NCBI GenBank assembly: GCA_020697715.1
Contig: JAEHCO010000004.1
Location: forward strand, 51,665-115,664
DNA: 64,000 nt
Origin: Methanobacteriota archaeon
GTDB lineage: Archaea > Thermoplasmatota > Thermoplasmata > SG8-5 > JAGLSY01
Direction: 5' to 3'
A program made the position numbers and the translations under genes. The notes under the pieces are model-generated. The model was given only the letters and a program-made list of their open reading frames with translations. It was not told the DNA's origin and did not search any database. Positions 52,141 to 61,996 of this stretch are shown here, one piece after another (the stretch's first letter is position 1; each line of letters starts with the position of its first letter).

Positions 52141-52901
52141 TAATGCATCCCACCATGAGACATGAACTTAACCAGCCACATGAGGAAAATACCCAGTAGG
52201 AAAGTGATGAAAGCCATGATGGTCCTCCATTTCCTATGCTCCTTGTGAAGCTCGGGTACGAGATCACTGGCTGCGATGTAAATGAAACCTCCAGCGGCTA
52301 TTGGAAGAATATAATGCTGGAATTCACCCATCTCCGGTATCAGGAAATAACCAAGAACTCCGCCCAGCAATGCTGTAAGGGCGGATATGAAATTGAACAA
52401 GAGAGCTTTTTTCTTGGCTAGACCTCCATATACCAGCACACCAAAATCTCCGATCTCTTGCGGTATTTCGTGAACAGATACCGCAATGGTCGCGATAATA
52501 CCCAATTCCACGCTTGTGAGAAAGCTGGCTGCTATTATCAACCCATCAATGAAATTATGAATACCATCACCGAAAAGATTGATATAGGCGAAGGTGTGGA
52601 TCTTGCAATCCTTCTCATGGCAGTGCCTCCAGAGAAGTTTTTCCAGAATGAAGAATACCACAAAACCTACGAGGACCATCAGGAACATATTGTCCACACC
52701 CAGACCTTCTTCGAATTCATGAAGGGCCTCGGGAATCAGATGAAGGAATGCACCACCCAATAGTGTTCCAGCAGATAATCCTACAAGACCCAGCAGGATC
52801 TTTTTCAATAATTTATCAGATAATGAGATGGTCAGTACTCCGACAAGAGAGAACAGGCTCATCAAGAAGGTGGCCAGCAGGATCCATGATAGAACAGACA
52901 T
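52140..52901 (-). CDS. ZIP family metal transporter
   Basis: GDGIHNFIDG and HEIPQEIGD motifs; HCHE loop; TAATG overlap with nikR. Confidence 0.92.
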   Translation of the reverse strand: MSVLSWILLATFLMSLFSLVGVLTISLSDKLLKKILLGLVGLSAGTLLGGAFLHLIPEALHEFEEGLGVDNMFLMVLVGFVVFFILEKLLWRHCHEKDCKIHTFAYINLFGDGIHNFIDGLIIAASFLTSVELGIIATIAVSVHEIPQEIGDFGVLVYGGLAKKKALLFNFISALTALLGGVLGYFLIPEMGEFQHYILPIAAGGFIYIAASDLVPELHKEHRKWRTIMAFITFLLGIFLMWLVKFMSHGGMH

Positions 52902-52952
52902 TTTTATTCCTCATACAGTCTAAGGAAGACAGAGTATTAATAATTATTCACT

Positions 52953-52969
52953 GAAAGTTATTAACTTTC
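52953..52969. promoter_or_regulatory. Palindrome GAAAGTTA-T-TAACTTTC upstream of the ZIP-nikR operon
   Basis: Perfect 8-bp arms, about 50 bp upstream of the ZIP start. Confidence 0.5.
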
Positions 52970-53071
52970 TGCAAAATAGTAGTGAATGTTATTAATTCCA
53001 TTATAATTATAGAAAATCAAAAGAGCAACACTGCTCATCAAATAAGCAGTGTCGCACACGTTTCCAGAGTC

Positions 53072-53220
53072 CTACATGCCCCAGAATTTATCCTCGCGTT
53101 TTTTTCTTTTTACTCTCACTGCGCTGGCCAGGCTCACAAAAGAAAAAAATGCCGTTAAATAAGAAAACTCGCCTGGCATGCTCGTTCGAGGAGTCTTATC
53201 TACATGCCCCAGAATTTATC
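53072..53220 (+). mobile_element. Solo copy (53093-53199) of the 18.5-19.2 kb structured element, flanked by 21-bp direct repeats of the infB 3' end
   Basis: CTACATGCCCCAGAATTTATC at 53072-53092 and 53200-53220. The interior shares AAAAGAAAAAAATGCCGTTAAATAAGAAA with 19101-19129. Confidence 0.7.
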
Positions 53221-54996
53221 TTCTTTTCTCTTTATCGTGCATACCTGTTCCATCACATCCAGCTCATCCGGATTGAGGTCAGAACCTTTCCTCAATTCTT
53301 TGCAATGGGATGACAGGATATCAACGTACAGAACATCATCCTCATCTATCTGGCGACCGCAAGTTGCACCATCTATCGCTACAGCCACCTCGGCACCAGC
53401 TATGGCTTCCTTCAGAGATTCATCCCCATCTCTGATGCTCTTGATCTTACCGATAACACGTCCATCCTCTCTCATGAGGCGCTGGCCGATCCTTATCCGG
53501 CCAGCAAGTATCCTTACGCCGACTATCGCGGGCTTGCTCAATCGGAACAGACAATCTGGCAATAGTAGTATCTTGCCAGGATAGACCATGTCCAGACGAC
53601 TTTCAGCATCCAGCTCTCGTTTTCTAATTTCCAGCCATTCATCATATTCCTCTATCAATCGATAAACGATATCAGCCTGGATGAATTTTAGATCGGAATT
53701 GAGAAGCTCTTCCTTCGCATCTGGAAGAAGATTGACATTGAAACCGAACATCACACGCTTCAATGGGTCATTCGTAGCTGCGGCCTCTATGATATCCCTT
53801 CGGGAAACATCTCCAACCGCGGCCTTCTTTATCGGTATGCTGGCATTCTTCGCTTCGTATGCCATAGCCTCCAAGGAGCCAATGGCATCCGCCTTTATCA
53901 TGATGCCATCCTCCACAGTCTCGATGGCCAGTTGTGAGCGGAGGCTTATCTCCTCTATCAGATCATCTAAGGTATCCTTGCTCGCAACCCGTAGTGGTCC
54001 GCCAGCTATGACCCCTGTGATATCCTGGGCCACTAGTTTGACACCTGCCGCGGCAGTTACACAATCCTGAGGGTTGAACCTCTCGCGCGGATCACGTATC
54101 TCATCCAGTGCCTTTGGCTTCAGGATAGCCTTGGCCTTGGTGACCATCGGCTTGCCGGATGTACCCAATACAAGAGTGTCGCCCTTTTTGATCTGGCCTT
54201 TGTAAAGGATAACATCCATTGTTGGTCCGAGACCTTTCTCCTCCTTGATCTCCAGTATAGTACCCTCGCCAAGGCCAGTCTCGTCAGTCCATAGCTTTTT
54301 CTCAAGGAATCTCTGGGCCAGTCCGACCAACATAAGCAGGATGTCTGGAACCCCTTCGCCAGTCTTGGCACTCATCGGGATAAGTGCCAGATTTTTGGAG
54401 AAGTCCTCGATCTTATCATAACGATCTGCTGAGAATCCTTTATCATAAAGATGCCCGACAATGTTATAGAACCTCGTCTCCAGCAGAGCCTTGACATCCT
54501 TGTTCTGCTTCTTCAATGAGACAAGGAATGGCTCATTCTCATGATTGCGCCATCCAGGCATTAGATCTATCTTATTGAGGGCGATTATGAAAGGTGTTTT
54601 CAATTGCTTGAGGATATTTATGGATTCGATGGTCTGGGGCTTCAGTCCCTCATTGATATCAATGACCAGAACAGCCAGATCGGCCAGTGATCCGCCTCTT
54701 GACCTCAATGTTGTGAAAGAATGGTGACCTGGGGTGTCGATGAAAAGCAAGCCAGGAACACTGAACTTCTTTTCCCCGATAAGTGGCTTGCATATCTTGT
54801 ACACGACATCTATGGGAACCTCTGTGGCCCCGATATGCTGGGTAATGGCTCCAGCCTCTCGCGATACTACAGTGGAACCTCGGATATAATCCAGCAAGCT
54901 GGTCTTACCATGATCTACATGACCCAGCACACTGACTATGGGCTGGCGGATGATACCGCAGTCTACAATTTCTGCTTCAGATTTGGGCTTTGCCAT
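53200..54996 (-). CDS. infB: Translation initiation factor aIF5B (IF-2)
   Basis: GHVDHGKTS, DTPGH, NKID and SAKTGEG motifs; ends KFWGM. Confidence 0.97.
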   Translation of the reverse strand: MAKPKSEAEIVDCGIIRQPIVSVLGHVDHGKTSLLDYIRGSTVVSREAGAITQHIGATEVPIDVVYKICKPLIGEKKFSVPGLLFIDTPGHHSFTTLRSRGGSLADLAVLVIDINEGLKPQTIESINILKQLKTPFIIALNKIDLMPGWRNHENEPFLVSLKKQNKDVKALLETRFYNIVGHLYDKGFSADRYDKIEDFSKNLALIPMSAKTGEGVPDILLMLVGLAQRFLEKKLWTDETGLGEGTILEIKEEKGLGPTMDVILYKGQIKKGDTLVLGTSGKPMVTKAKAILKPKALDEIRDPRERFNPQDCVTAAAGVKLVAQDITGVIAGGPLRVASKDTLDDLIEEISLRSQLAIETVEDGIMIKADAIGSLEAMAYEAKNASIPIKKAAVGDVSRRDIIEAAATNDPLKRVMFGFNVNLLPDAKEELLNSDLKFIQADIVYRLIEEYDEWLEIRKRELDAESRLDMVYPGKILLLPDCLFRLSKPAIVGVRILAGRIRIGQRLMREDGRVIGKIKSIRDGDESLKEAIAGAEVAVAIDGATCGRQIDEDDVLYVDILSSHCKELRKGSDLNPDELDVMEQVCTIKRKEDKFWGM

Positions 54997-55077
54997 TGAA
55001 CCACCTAATCTAAAATGATATTAAAAGATTTCATAAGGGAGATAAAGGCAGATAGCGACCTTGTTCACAGAGATTCA

Positions 55078-55443
55078 TTAATGGCAGCCATGTCCAGCGC
55101 ATGCCTGTCCTGGTGTCATCTCTGTCAATCTGCCATCGATGATATTCTGAACAGCATCCTTCACGGTCTCGCCATCCAGCATGAAGACCTTGATACCGCC
55201 AGTGTTCAATTTCATGATCGCTCCGCGGCCCATACCACCAGTTATCACAATGTCCACATTATGACCTTCCAACTGGCCAATTGGATTGCACGTACCATGC
55301 TCATGATGTTGATTTGAATTATCAACAGCTTCAAATTTCTCTGTTTCAGTATCATAGAAACCAAAGAAAGGCGCACTTCCAAAGTGAGCATAGACCTTCG
55401 ATCCCATTCCATCATCATTCATTATCGGCATGCAGATTTTCAT
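55078..55443 (-). CDS. NifB/NifX (dinitrogenase FeMo-cofactor biosynthesis-like) family protein
   Basis: HFGSAPFF and VITGGMG motifs; C-terminal CAGHGCH. Confidence 0.85.
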   Translation of the reverse strand: MKICMPIMNDDGMGSKVYAHFGSAPFFGFYDTETEKFEAVDNSNQHHEHGTCNPIGQLEGHNVDIVITGGMGRGAIMKLNTGGIKVFMLDGETVKDAVQNIIDGRLTEMTPGQACAGHGCH

Positions 55444-55541
55444 TGATACACATCCTAATGTTAACGGCGTTGAGGATACTTGACCAGTATATATAAATCT
55501 GCTTAACAATTGTAACTGTCTGTTCTCGTGATCCTGCCAAT

Positions 55542-55859
55542 TTATGCCTTTATCATGATAAGCGACATCTTGAATCTTGTTATGGATTCAAGCGCATGTG
55601 GCTTGTTAGCCGGCATCAGCAACATCTCATCTTTCTTCACAATGAACTTTTCTCCATCAATAGTGATCTGCACTTCCCCATCGAGTATGTGCGCCAGCGC
55701 ATCATAAGGCGAAGTGTGCTCGCTCAGCCCTTGCCCCATGTCGAAAGCAAAGAGGGTGACCATACCCTGATCCTTCTCGACCAGCGTCCTGCTGACTATC
55801 GCGCCTTCCTGATACTTCAACATCTTTTCCAAATTCCAAACTTCTGTATTCTCACCCAT
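55542..55859 (-). CDS. Cupin domain protein
   Basis: GQGLSEHT...DG...MPANKPHAL. Confidence 0.88.
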   Translation of the reverse strand: MGENTEVWNLEKMLKYQEGAIVSRTLVEKDQGMVTLFAFDMGQGLSEHTSPYDALAHILDGEVQITIDGEKFIVKKDEMLLMPANKPHALESITRFKMSLIMIKA

Positions 55860-55874
55860 GATTTTTTTCCCTCC

Positions 55875-56108
55875 TTAAATCACTGAAGCCTCATAGCCAG
55901 CTTCCTTAACTGTCTCGATGAGAGCCTCATTGGAAACTGCTCCTTCCTTCTTCAGTGTCACCACTGCTTTTTTCTCATCAAGGCTGACCTCGGCCTTCTT
56001 GACACCAGAAGCCTTTTCCAGGGCTTCTGTGACATGTTGAACACAATGTCCACATGTCATTCCCTCTACCTTCAATTCAATTACTGGTTTCTTCCCGAAC
56101 ATACCCAT
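55875..56108 (-). CDS. Heavy-metal-associated (CopZ-like) chaperone
   Basis: VEGMTCGHC...AGY. Confidence 0.88.
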   Translation of the reverse strand: MGMFGKKPVIELKVEGMTCGHCVQHVTEALEKASGVKKAEVSLDEKKAVVTLKKEGAVSNEALIETVKEAGYEASVI

Positions 56109-56201
56109 ATTCTCACCAAATGAAGATATGCAAGGCTGTGGTTTAAAGATATTCCCATTTTTGATAAGGAGATGAGGCGGAATTGGATGAGTTTAGATTA
56201 T

Positions 56202-57869
56202 CTAGCTCAACCCAACAATATTCCCTGCGTCATCCATATCAATGAATTCAGCTGCTGGCTTTCTCGGCAGACCTGGCATCGTCATAATTTCTCCAGCTAT
56301 CGGAATAACAAAGCCAGCTCCGGCACTTAGGCGAACCTGTCTGATGTATAGCTCGAAGCCTTCAGGTGCTCCCAGGAGCTTTTTATTGTCAGAGAAAGAA
56401 TACTGGGTCTTGGCAACGCATAATGGCAGGTCGCGGTATCCCATGGCCTCCCATTTTTTGATGTCCTTCTTGGCCTCGGGCGAGAAAACAACTGATTCTG
56501 CTCGATAGATCTTCTTGGCCAGGATATTCATTTTTTCTTTAATACCCATCTCCAGAGGATATGCATAGGCTGGCTTCTTTTCGCCACCTTTGGTCTTTGC
56601 CGTAATGGCTTCTGCAAGGGCCAGTCCACCCTCCGAACCATCCGCATGAACGCGGGTCGGAACGCATTCCGCCCCCATGGTTTGGCAGAGTTCCACGGCT
56701 CTTTTGATCTCAGCATCCGTATCATTGGCGGAGTTCACATTAAGACTGACCACTGGCTCATAGCCAAAAGACCTGATATTCTCAATATGACGCTGGAGAT
56801 TGGGGAAACCTGCTTCGACTGCCTCCACGTTCTCACTGGCCAGGTTCTTCTTCTTCACATTGCCATGATATTTGAGCGCCTTGATGGTGGCGACCAGCAC
56901 AACTCCAGCAACTGGCAAGTCGGAAGTTCTACAGAATATATCCATGAATTTTTCACCGCCCAGATCTGAACCGAAGCCCGCCTCTGTGATGTAGTAATCG
57001 GCCAGGTTAAGTCCCAGCCTGGCCGCTATCAGTGACGACGTGCCGTGGGCGATGTTCGCGAAAGGCCCGCCATGTATCAGAGCGGGGGTATTGTCAATTG
57101 TCTGGACAAGGTTCGGACGGATTGCATCGTTCAGCAGAACCGTCATAGCCCCAGCAGCCTTCATATCGGATGCAAAGCGGGGTGTGCCATCAGTGCTGAG
57201 TCCTATCATTATTCCATCGATCCTCGACCTCAGGTCCTGGTGATCTTCTGCAAGGCAGAGGCAGGCCATCACTTCGCTAGCTGCAGTGATGTCGAAATGA
57301 TCTTCATCGACCATGCCGCCAGTTTTTCCACCGAGGCCAACCACAATGTCGCGAAGTGAACGATCGTTCATATCGATCACCCTTGGCCAGGTGATCTTTC
57401 GAGAATCAAGATGAAGTTCATTATCGAAATGCATACTGTTGTTTATGAGTGCGGAAAGAAGATTGTGGGCTGTTGATATCGCGTGCATATCGCCCGTGAA
57501 ATGTAAATTGATGTCCTCCATCGGAAGCACCTGGCTGTACCCACCGCCAGCAGCTCCGCCCTTTATTCCAAACACAGGTCCGAGAGATGGCTGGCGTATT
57601 CCGACTATCGTATTGTGACCCAGCTTGTTCATCGCCATTGAAAGCCCTATTGCCACCGTGGTCTTTCCCTCTCCAGCCGGGGTCGGGCTCATGGCAGTAA
57701 CCAATATCATCTTTCCCTTGCGTTTCTTGAGGTCGATACCATCTACCATTATCTTGGCCTTATTGTCACCACAATGCAAAATTTGATCACTTGCCAGACC
57801 TGCTTTTTCCGCAATTACATTGATAGGTTCTGGCTTTGCTTCCCTCGCGATCTCGATGTCCGGTTTCAT
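56202..57869 (-). CDS. fhs: Formate--tetrahydrofolate ligase
   Basis: PTPAGEGKTT, GIKGGAAGGGY, HGGPFANIAHG, TEAGFG and MTMPGL motifs. Confidence 0.97.
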   Translation of the reverse strand: MKPDIEIAREAKPEPINVIAEKAGLASDQILHCGDNKAKIMVDGIDLKKRKGKMILVTAMSPTPAGEGKTTVAIGLSMAMNKLGHNTIVGIRQPSLGPVFGIKGGAAGGGYSQVLPMEDINLHFTGDMHAISTAHNLLSALINNSMHFDNELHLDSRKITWPRVIDMNDRSLRDIVVGLGGKTGGMVDEDHFDITAASEVMACLCLAEDHQDLRSRIDGIMIGLSTDGTPRFASDMKAAGAMTVLLNDAIRPNLVQTIDNTPALIHGGPFANIAHGTSSLIAARLGLNLADYYITEAGFGSDLGGEKFMDIFCRTSDLPVAGVVLVATIKALKYHGNVKKKNLASENVEAVEAGFPNLQRHIENIRSFGYEPVVSLNVNSANDTDAEIKRAVELCQTMGAECVPTRVHADGSEGGLALAEAITAKTKGGEKKPAYAYPLEMGIKEKMNILAKKIYRAESVVFSPEAKKDIKKWEAMGYRDLPLCVAKTQYSFSDNKKLLGAPEGFELYIRQVRLSAGAGFVIPIAGEIMTMPGLPRKPAAEFIDMDDAGNIVGLS

Positions 57870-58008
57870 GGTCTGTGTAAAGTGATTTGAATTAATAAGG
57901 TTTGAGATAGATCATTTAGATAGGTGTCACATTTATAACAAATGAAAGAATTATCCAATTCGTGGTGTGGAAATGAAAGAATTGGATGACAAAGGAGGAA
58001 ATGCTAAC

Positions 58009-59487
58009 ATGCTCATCTATGACGTTATTGCAATCGGATCTGGCTCTTCAATGAACATTATCGGAGCCATGACGAATAAGAACAAGGATCTGAAGGTAGC
58101 TCTTATTGAAAAGGACGAGCCAGGTGGTATCTGCCTGACGCGTGGTTGTATTCCATCCAAGCTTCTGCTCTATCCAGCTGAACTACGCCGAATGGTCGAG
58201 AAGGGACCTGAAATGGGCGTGAACATCCAGATCAAGAGCATGGACTTCGGCAAGGTGATGAAACGGATGCGCGACCACATAGATCCGACAATTGCCAGCA
58301 TCCGGAAAGGACTGACTGCCAGCCCGAATATTGACTATTACACGGATACCGCGGAGTTCATCGCGCCCTACACCCTAAAGGTAGGCGACCAGACCATTCG
58401 TTCCAAGCTCATTTTCCTCTGTATCGGCTCGGAGATCGGCATTCCCCCAATTGAAGGACTGGATGAGGTTGGATATCTGACCAGTGATAGTGTAATAAAA
58501 ATGACAAAACTGCCCGACAGTATCACGATAGTCGGCGGCGGATACATAGCCGCCGAGTACGGTCATTTCTTTTCCGCAATGGGAGCTAAAGTCACCATAC
58601 TGGGTCGTAATGTGCAGTTCATTCCTCAAGAAGAACCCGAGGTAAGCTGGCTTGCCAAGAAGCAGATGTCCGAGCATATGAAGATAATCACAAATCATGA
58701 GGTCTTAAAAGCCGAGAAAGGCGGAGGATTTGGCAGTGGTGGGAAGAAGATACTTGTCGCTAAAAATAGAAAAACTGGCGAACTGATCAAGATCGCCAGC
58801 GATGAAATAATAATCGCCACTGGCCGGGTTCCAAATACCGACCTGCTTCATCCGGAGAAAGCAGGTATCGAGCTGGATAAACATGGCTGGGTCAAAGTAA
58901 ATGAATTCATGGAAACCAACCAGCCAGGCATCTGGGCCTTCGGGGATGCGACTGGAAAACATCTTTTCAAGCATGTGGCGAATTACGAATCAATAATCGT
59001 TTATCGAAATGCCATTTTGAATAAGAGATTCGAGGCAGATTACCATGCGGTTCCCAGCGCGGTCTTCACTTATCCGGAGATAGCCAGTGTCGGAATGAGG
59101 CAGAAGGAAGCGATAGCCAAATACGGCAAGAATATGATATCCATCGGCTTCCAGAAGTTCGAAGATACTGCCAAAGGCCAGGCAATGGGCTCCAAAGGTC
59201 ACTTTGTCAAGGTCATTGTGGAAAACAAGGAAATGAGAATACTGGGGGCGCATATTATCGGCCCCCATGCTTCAATTCTTATTCAAGAAATTATCAATTT
59301 AATGTACACCGAGAGCCAGGATGTTTATCCTATCTACGAGGGCATGCATATTCATCCAGCACTTAACGAGGTAGTCGAGCGAGCCTTCGGTGGCATGATG
59401 CCAGTGGATCAGTATATGCATATGTTGCAGCACTTCATGGGAATTAAACATGAAGAACCTGGCGGGCATCACGGGCACGGGCATTGA
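58009..59487 (+). CDS. Class I pyridine nucleotide-disulfide reductase (lipoamide dehydrogenase superfamily, mycothione reductase-like subfamily)
   Basis: IGSGSS, CLTRGC, GGGYIA, KHVAN and HIHPALNE motifs; start follows AGGAGG. Confidence 0.85.
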   Translation: MLIYDVIAIGSGSSMNIIGAMTNKNKDLKVALIEKDEPGGICLTRGCIPSKLLLYPAELRRMVEKGPEMGVNIQIKSMDFGKVMKRMRDHIDPTIASIRKGLTASPNIDYYTDTAEFIAPYTLKVGDQTIRSKLIFLCIGSEIGIPPIEGLDEVGYLTSDSVIKMTKLPDSITIVGGGYIAAEYGHFFSAMGAKVTILGRNVQFIPQEEPEVSWLAKKQMSEHMKIITNHEVLKAEKGGGFGSGGKKILVAKNRKTGELIKIASDEIIIATGRVPNTDLLHPEKAGIELDKHGWVKVNEFMETNQPGIWAFGDATGKHLFKHVANYESIIVYRNAILNKRFEADYHAVPSAVFTYPEIASVGMRQKEAIAKYGKNMISIGFQKFEDTAKGQAMGSKGHFVKVIVENKEMRILGAHIIGPHASILIQEIINLMYTESQDVYPIYEGMHIHPALNEVVERAFGGMMPVDQYMHMLQHFMGIKHEEPGGHHGHGH

Positions 59488-59536
59488 TCAAGTGTAAGAT
59501 GGTATCGAATCCTTGTACATATAGAAAGATTGAAAA

Positions 59537-59893
59537 CTACTTATTTTCAAGAATGAAAAGTATGAAGTTATAAAGAATATAAAGCATCAAGAGACACCCC
59601 AGCACCGCCATGACCAGTAAGATTGTGTATGAACCGGTGAAGTACAAGCCTGGTTCGCTTGCCCCCAATGCCATTCCCATATAGAAATAATTCCCGATGA
59701 ACCAGATCATGAACACAATAAATGCAATAGCCAGTGATGATCCAATGATAATGGTTTTATTAGAATATTTAACAGGGATCTCATTGCCACGCCTGAAATT
59801 TAGTGCCACCATATTAGGACTTGATCCAATATATCGATCTTTCATGTTGGGCTTTGCTCTCATCTTCACCACATTACACAATCGATATCGCAT
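59537..59893 (-). CDS. Small hypothetical membrane protein (2 TM)
   Basis: Two hydrophobic helices; start uncertain. Confidence 0.5.
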   Translation of the reverse strand: MRYRLCNVVKMRAKPNMKDRYIGSSPNMVALNFRRGNEIPVKYSNKTIIIGSSLAIAFIVFMIWFIGNYFYMGMALGASEPGLYFTGSYTILLVMAVLGCLLMLYILYNFILFILENK

Positions 59894-59944
59894 TATTTAG
59901 ACTTTGTTGTACAGGATTTTGTGAATGGCCTTATTATATAATCT

Positions 59945-60484
59945 CTATTTTATATATGTGTGTGAATTTAATAATAAGACATCCGCGAACAGATCCGCCG
60001 CATCCTGGAGGAATTTCTCATCCTCCTGAGTGAAGGGATCAATGAGGTGGGAATCGATATCCAGCTCACCGAGGAACTTATCGCCTTTCATGATGGGAAC
60101 AACGATCTCGGACTGGACTTTAGGGCTGCATGATAGATAATTTGTTACTTCGCACACATTGGGAACAACATATATTTTCTTTGTTTCCGCACTCTGTCCG
60201 CATATACCCTCGCCAAATTGGATGTTCACATGCTCGGTGGGGTCGCCCACATAGGGGCCGAGATAGAGACATCTGTCCTTGTCCGGGCACACGAGATAGA
60301 AGCCCACCCAATCATAATATCCGATCTTATTCATGATGAGCTGGCATGTATCCTGCATCTTGTCCCTGACATCTTCAGGACTATCGACAATAGCGGCAAT
60401 ATCATCCAGTAGTCTCTTGAAAAGGATACGTTTATCCTCGGGTTCCATCCTGTGCACTTCTGTATCTGTTCTATTCTCTTTCAT
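59945..60484 (-). CDS. msrC: GAF-domain free methionine-(R)-sulfoxide reductase
   Basis: DWVGFY, LGPYVG, GEGICG, YLSC, SEIVVP and LDIDS motifs. Confidence 0.85.
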   Translation of the reverse strand: MKENRTDTEVHRMEPEDKRILFKRLLDDIAAIVDSPEDVRDKMQDTCQLIMNKIGYYDWVGFYLVCPDKDRCLYLGPYVGDPTEHVNIQFGEGICGQSAETKKIYVVPNVCEVTNYLSCSPKVQSEIVVPIMKGDKFLGELDIDSHLIDPFTQEDEKFLQDAADLFADVLLLNSHTYIK

Positions 60485-60839
60485 ATTTTTCTCCTCCTTC
60501 TGTGATATTATCCCATGTCTCCATCGCCCTTCTAAGGTGGGGGATGGTTATTGTCCCGCCGACTATCACACCGATAGCCAGTGCCTCCTCCATCTCCTCG
60601 GATGACAGGCCTTCCTCATGGCATCTGATGATATGATATTTTATGCAGTCATCACATCTCAGAACAAGAGATGCGACCAAACCAAGCATCTCTTTTGTTT
60701 TGGCATCGAGCGCACCTTCTTGGTATACCTGATTATCAAGGCTGTAGAATCTTTTCAGAGGCTGGCCAGCATATTTCATGACTATCTCATTTAATCGATC
60801 TCGCTCCTTGCTGAACTCATCCGCCTTGTCCGAAACCAT
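60471..60839 (-). CDS. Carboxymuconolactone decarboxylase/AhpD-like protein
   Basis: GALDAKTKEMLGL...RCDDCIKYH. Confidence 0.88.
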   Translation of the reverse strand: MVSDKADEFSKERDRLNEIVMKYAGQPLKRFYSLDNQVYQEGALDAKTKEMLGLVASLVLRCDDCIKYHIIRCHEEGLSSEEMEEALAIGVIVGGTITIPHLRRAMETWDNITEGGEKYERE

Positions 60840-61120
60840 GAATGGTGAAAGGCGTGGGATTTAGAAATAGTTTTGGTATTTTGATGTAATTTGTCAGATT
60901 TTTTGATATTCTAAAGATTTTTAAGGCGCATTGAGGCTATATTTACCATAATTCATCCACAATCCTTTTATACAGTATCTATATTGGAGGCTTTCCTACA
61001 GAGGTATATGGATGCGAGAACGAAGTGATTGCATTCGGAACTTCGAAAGGATTCGAAGTTTCAAATGTGTGAAACAAGTTCACTCATTCGAAATCTCAAC
61101 ATGAAATGGAGAGATTAAAC

Positions 61121-61501
61121 ATGGCATTGTGGCAAGGACGATCCTCAAGAAAGCAGTCAGGTGGCAAATACAGACCACACAGAAGCAAGAAGAAGCATGA
61201 GATATCCACGGAATTTCAGTTCTCAGTAATTGGCGATAGGTCATCCAAGAAATACAGAACCCTGGGTGGTAACTCCAAGAACAAGGTCTTGTCTGCTCAG
61301 AAGGTGAATGTATTCGACCCAAAGAAGGGAAAGGTCACCAGAACCGAGATATTGACTGTGACAGAAAACCATGCCAACCCAAATTACGTTCAGAGGAACA
61401 TCATCAATAAGGGTGCTGTTATCCAGACAGAATTGGGAGATGCAAAGATCACTTCAAGAATGGGACAGGACGGCGTTGTCAATGCAGTCCTTATAGAGTA
61501 A
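61121..61501 (+). CDS. rps8e: 30S ribosomal protein S8e
   Basis: WQGRS.RK.SGG, RTLGGN, RNIINKGAVI and GQDGVVNAVL motifs. Confidence 0.96.
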   Translation: MALWQGRSSRKQSGGKYRPHRSKKKHEISTEFQFSVIGDRSSKKYRTLGGNSKNKVLSAQKVNVFDPKKGKVTRTEILTVTENHANPNYVQRNIINKGAVIQTELGDAKITSRMGQDGVVNAVLIE

Positions 61502-61511
61502 GGGTGCGGAC

Positions 61512-61802
61512 ATGGTCAGTACCAGGTCAAAGAACATAATACTCTGGCCCACATATTTTGATATAAAGAAAAGTAGAGATGAGGGACGCCGAGTTCCTAA
61601 AAAACTTGGCGTAGATACCCCATCAATAGAAGATATTCATAAAGCAGTTAAGAAGCTTGGCCACAAGGCAAGGATGGAAGCTGATAAATCCCATCCTGGC
61701 TCACCCACAGAGCATGAAGGACGGGTGCTTGTGGAAAAGGAAAAGGACGGCATCAAGAAAACAGAGCTCATACATCTTGTCGCTGCTGAACTGGCTAAAT
61801 GA
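61512..61802 (+). CDS. srp19: Signal recognition particle protein SRP19
   Basis: ILWPTYFD.KKSR.EGRRVP...KSHP...GRV. Confidence 0.93.
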   Translation: MVSTRSKNIILWPTYFDIKKSRDEGRRVPKKLGVDTPSIEDIHKAVKKLGHKARMEADKSHPGSPTEHEGRVLVEKEKDGIKKTELIHLVAAELAK

Positions 61803-61996
61803 TATCTGAGATTTATTAGTAGTATCTGGCACATATAATTGAGATCTTAGAAGATCATTGATCATATTGTATACAATTTCAATTATGAATAACGGATAAT
61901 ATCGTATAAGCCACAGATCATATCATAATTTATGATATTCGCATTAAGTTTATCACTAGGCTCAAAATGAATAAACTATCCAATCATCTGTTTTGA

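Noticed and set aside
55078-55443. Nitrogen fixation
   Set aside because: The NifB/NifX-like domain is widespread in non-diazotrophs, and no nifHDK is present.
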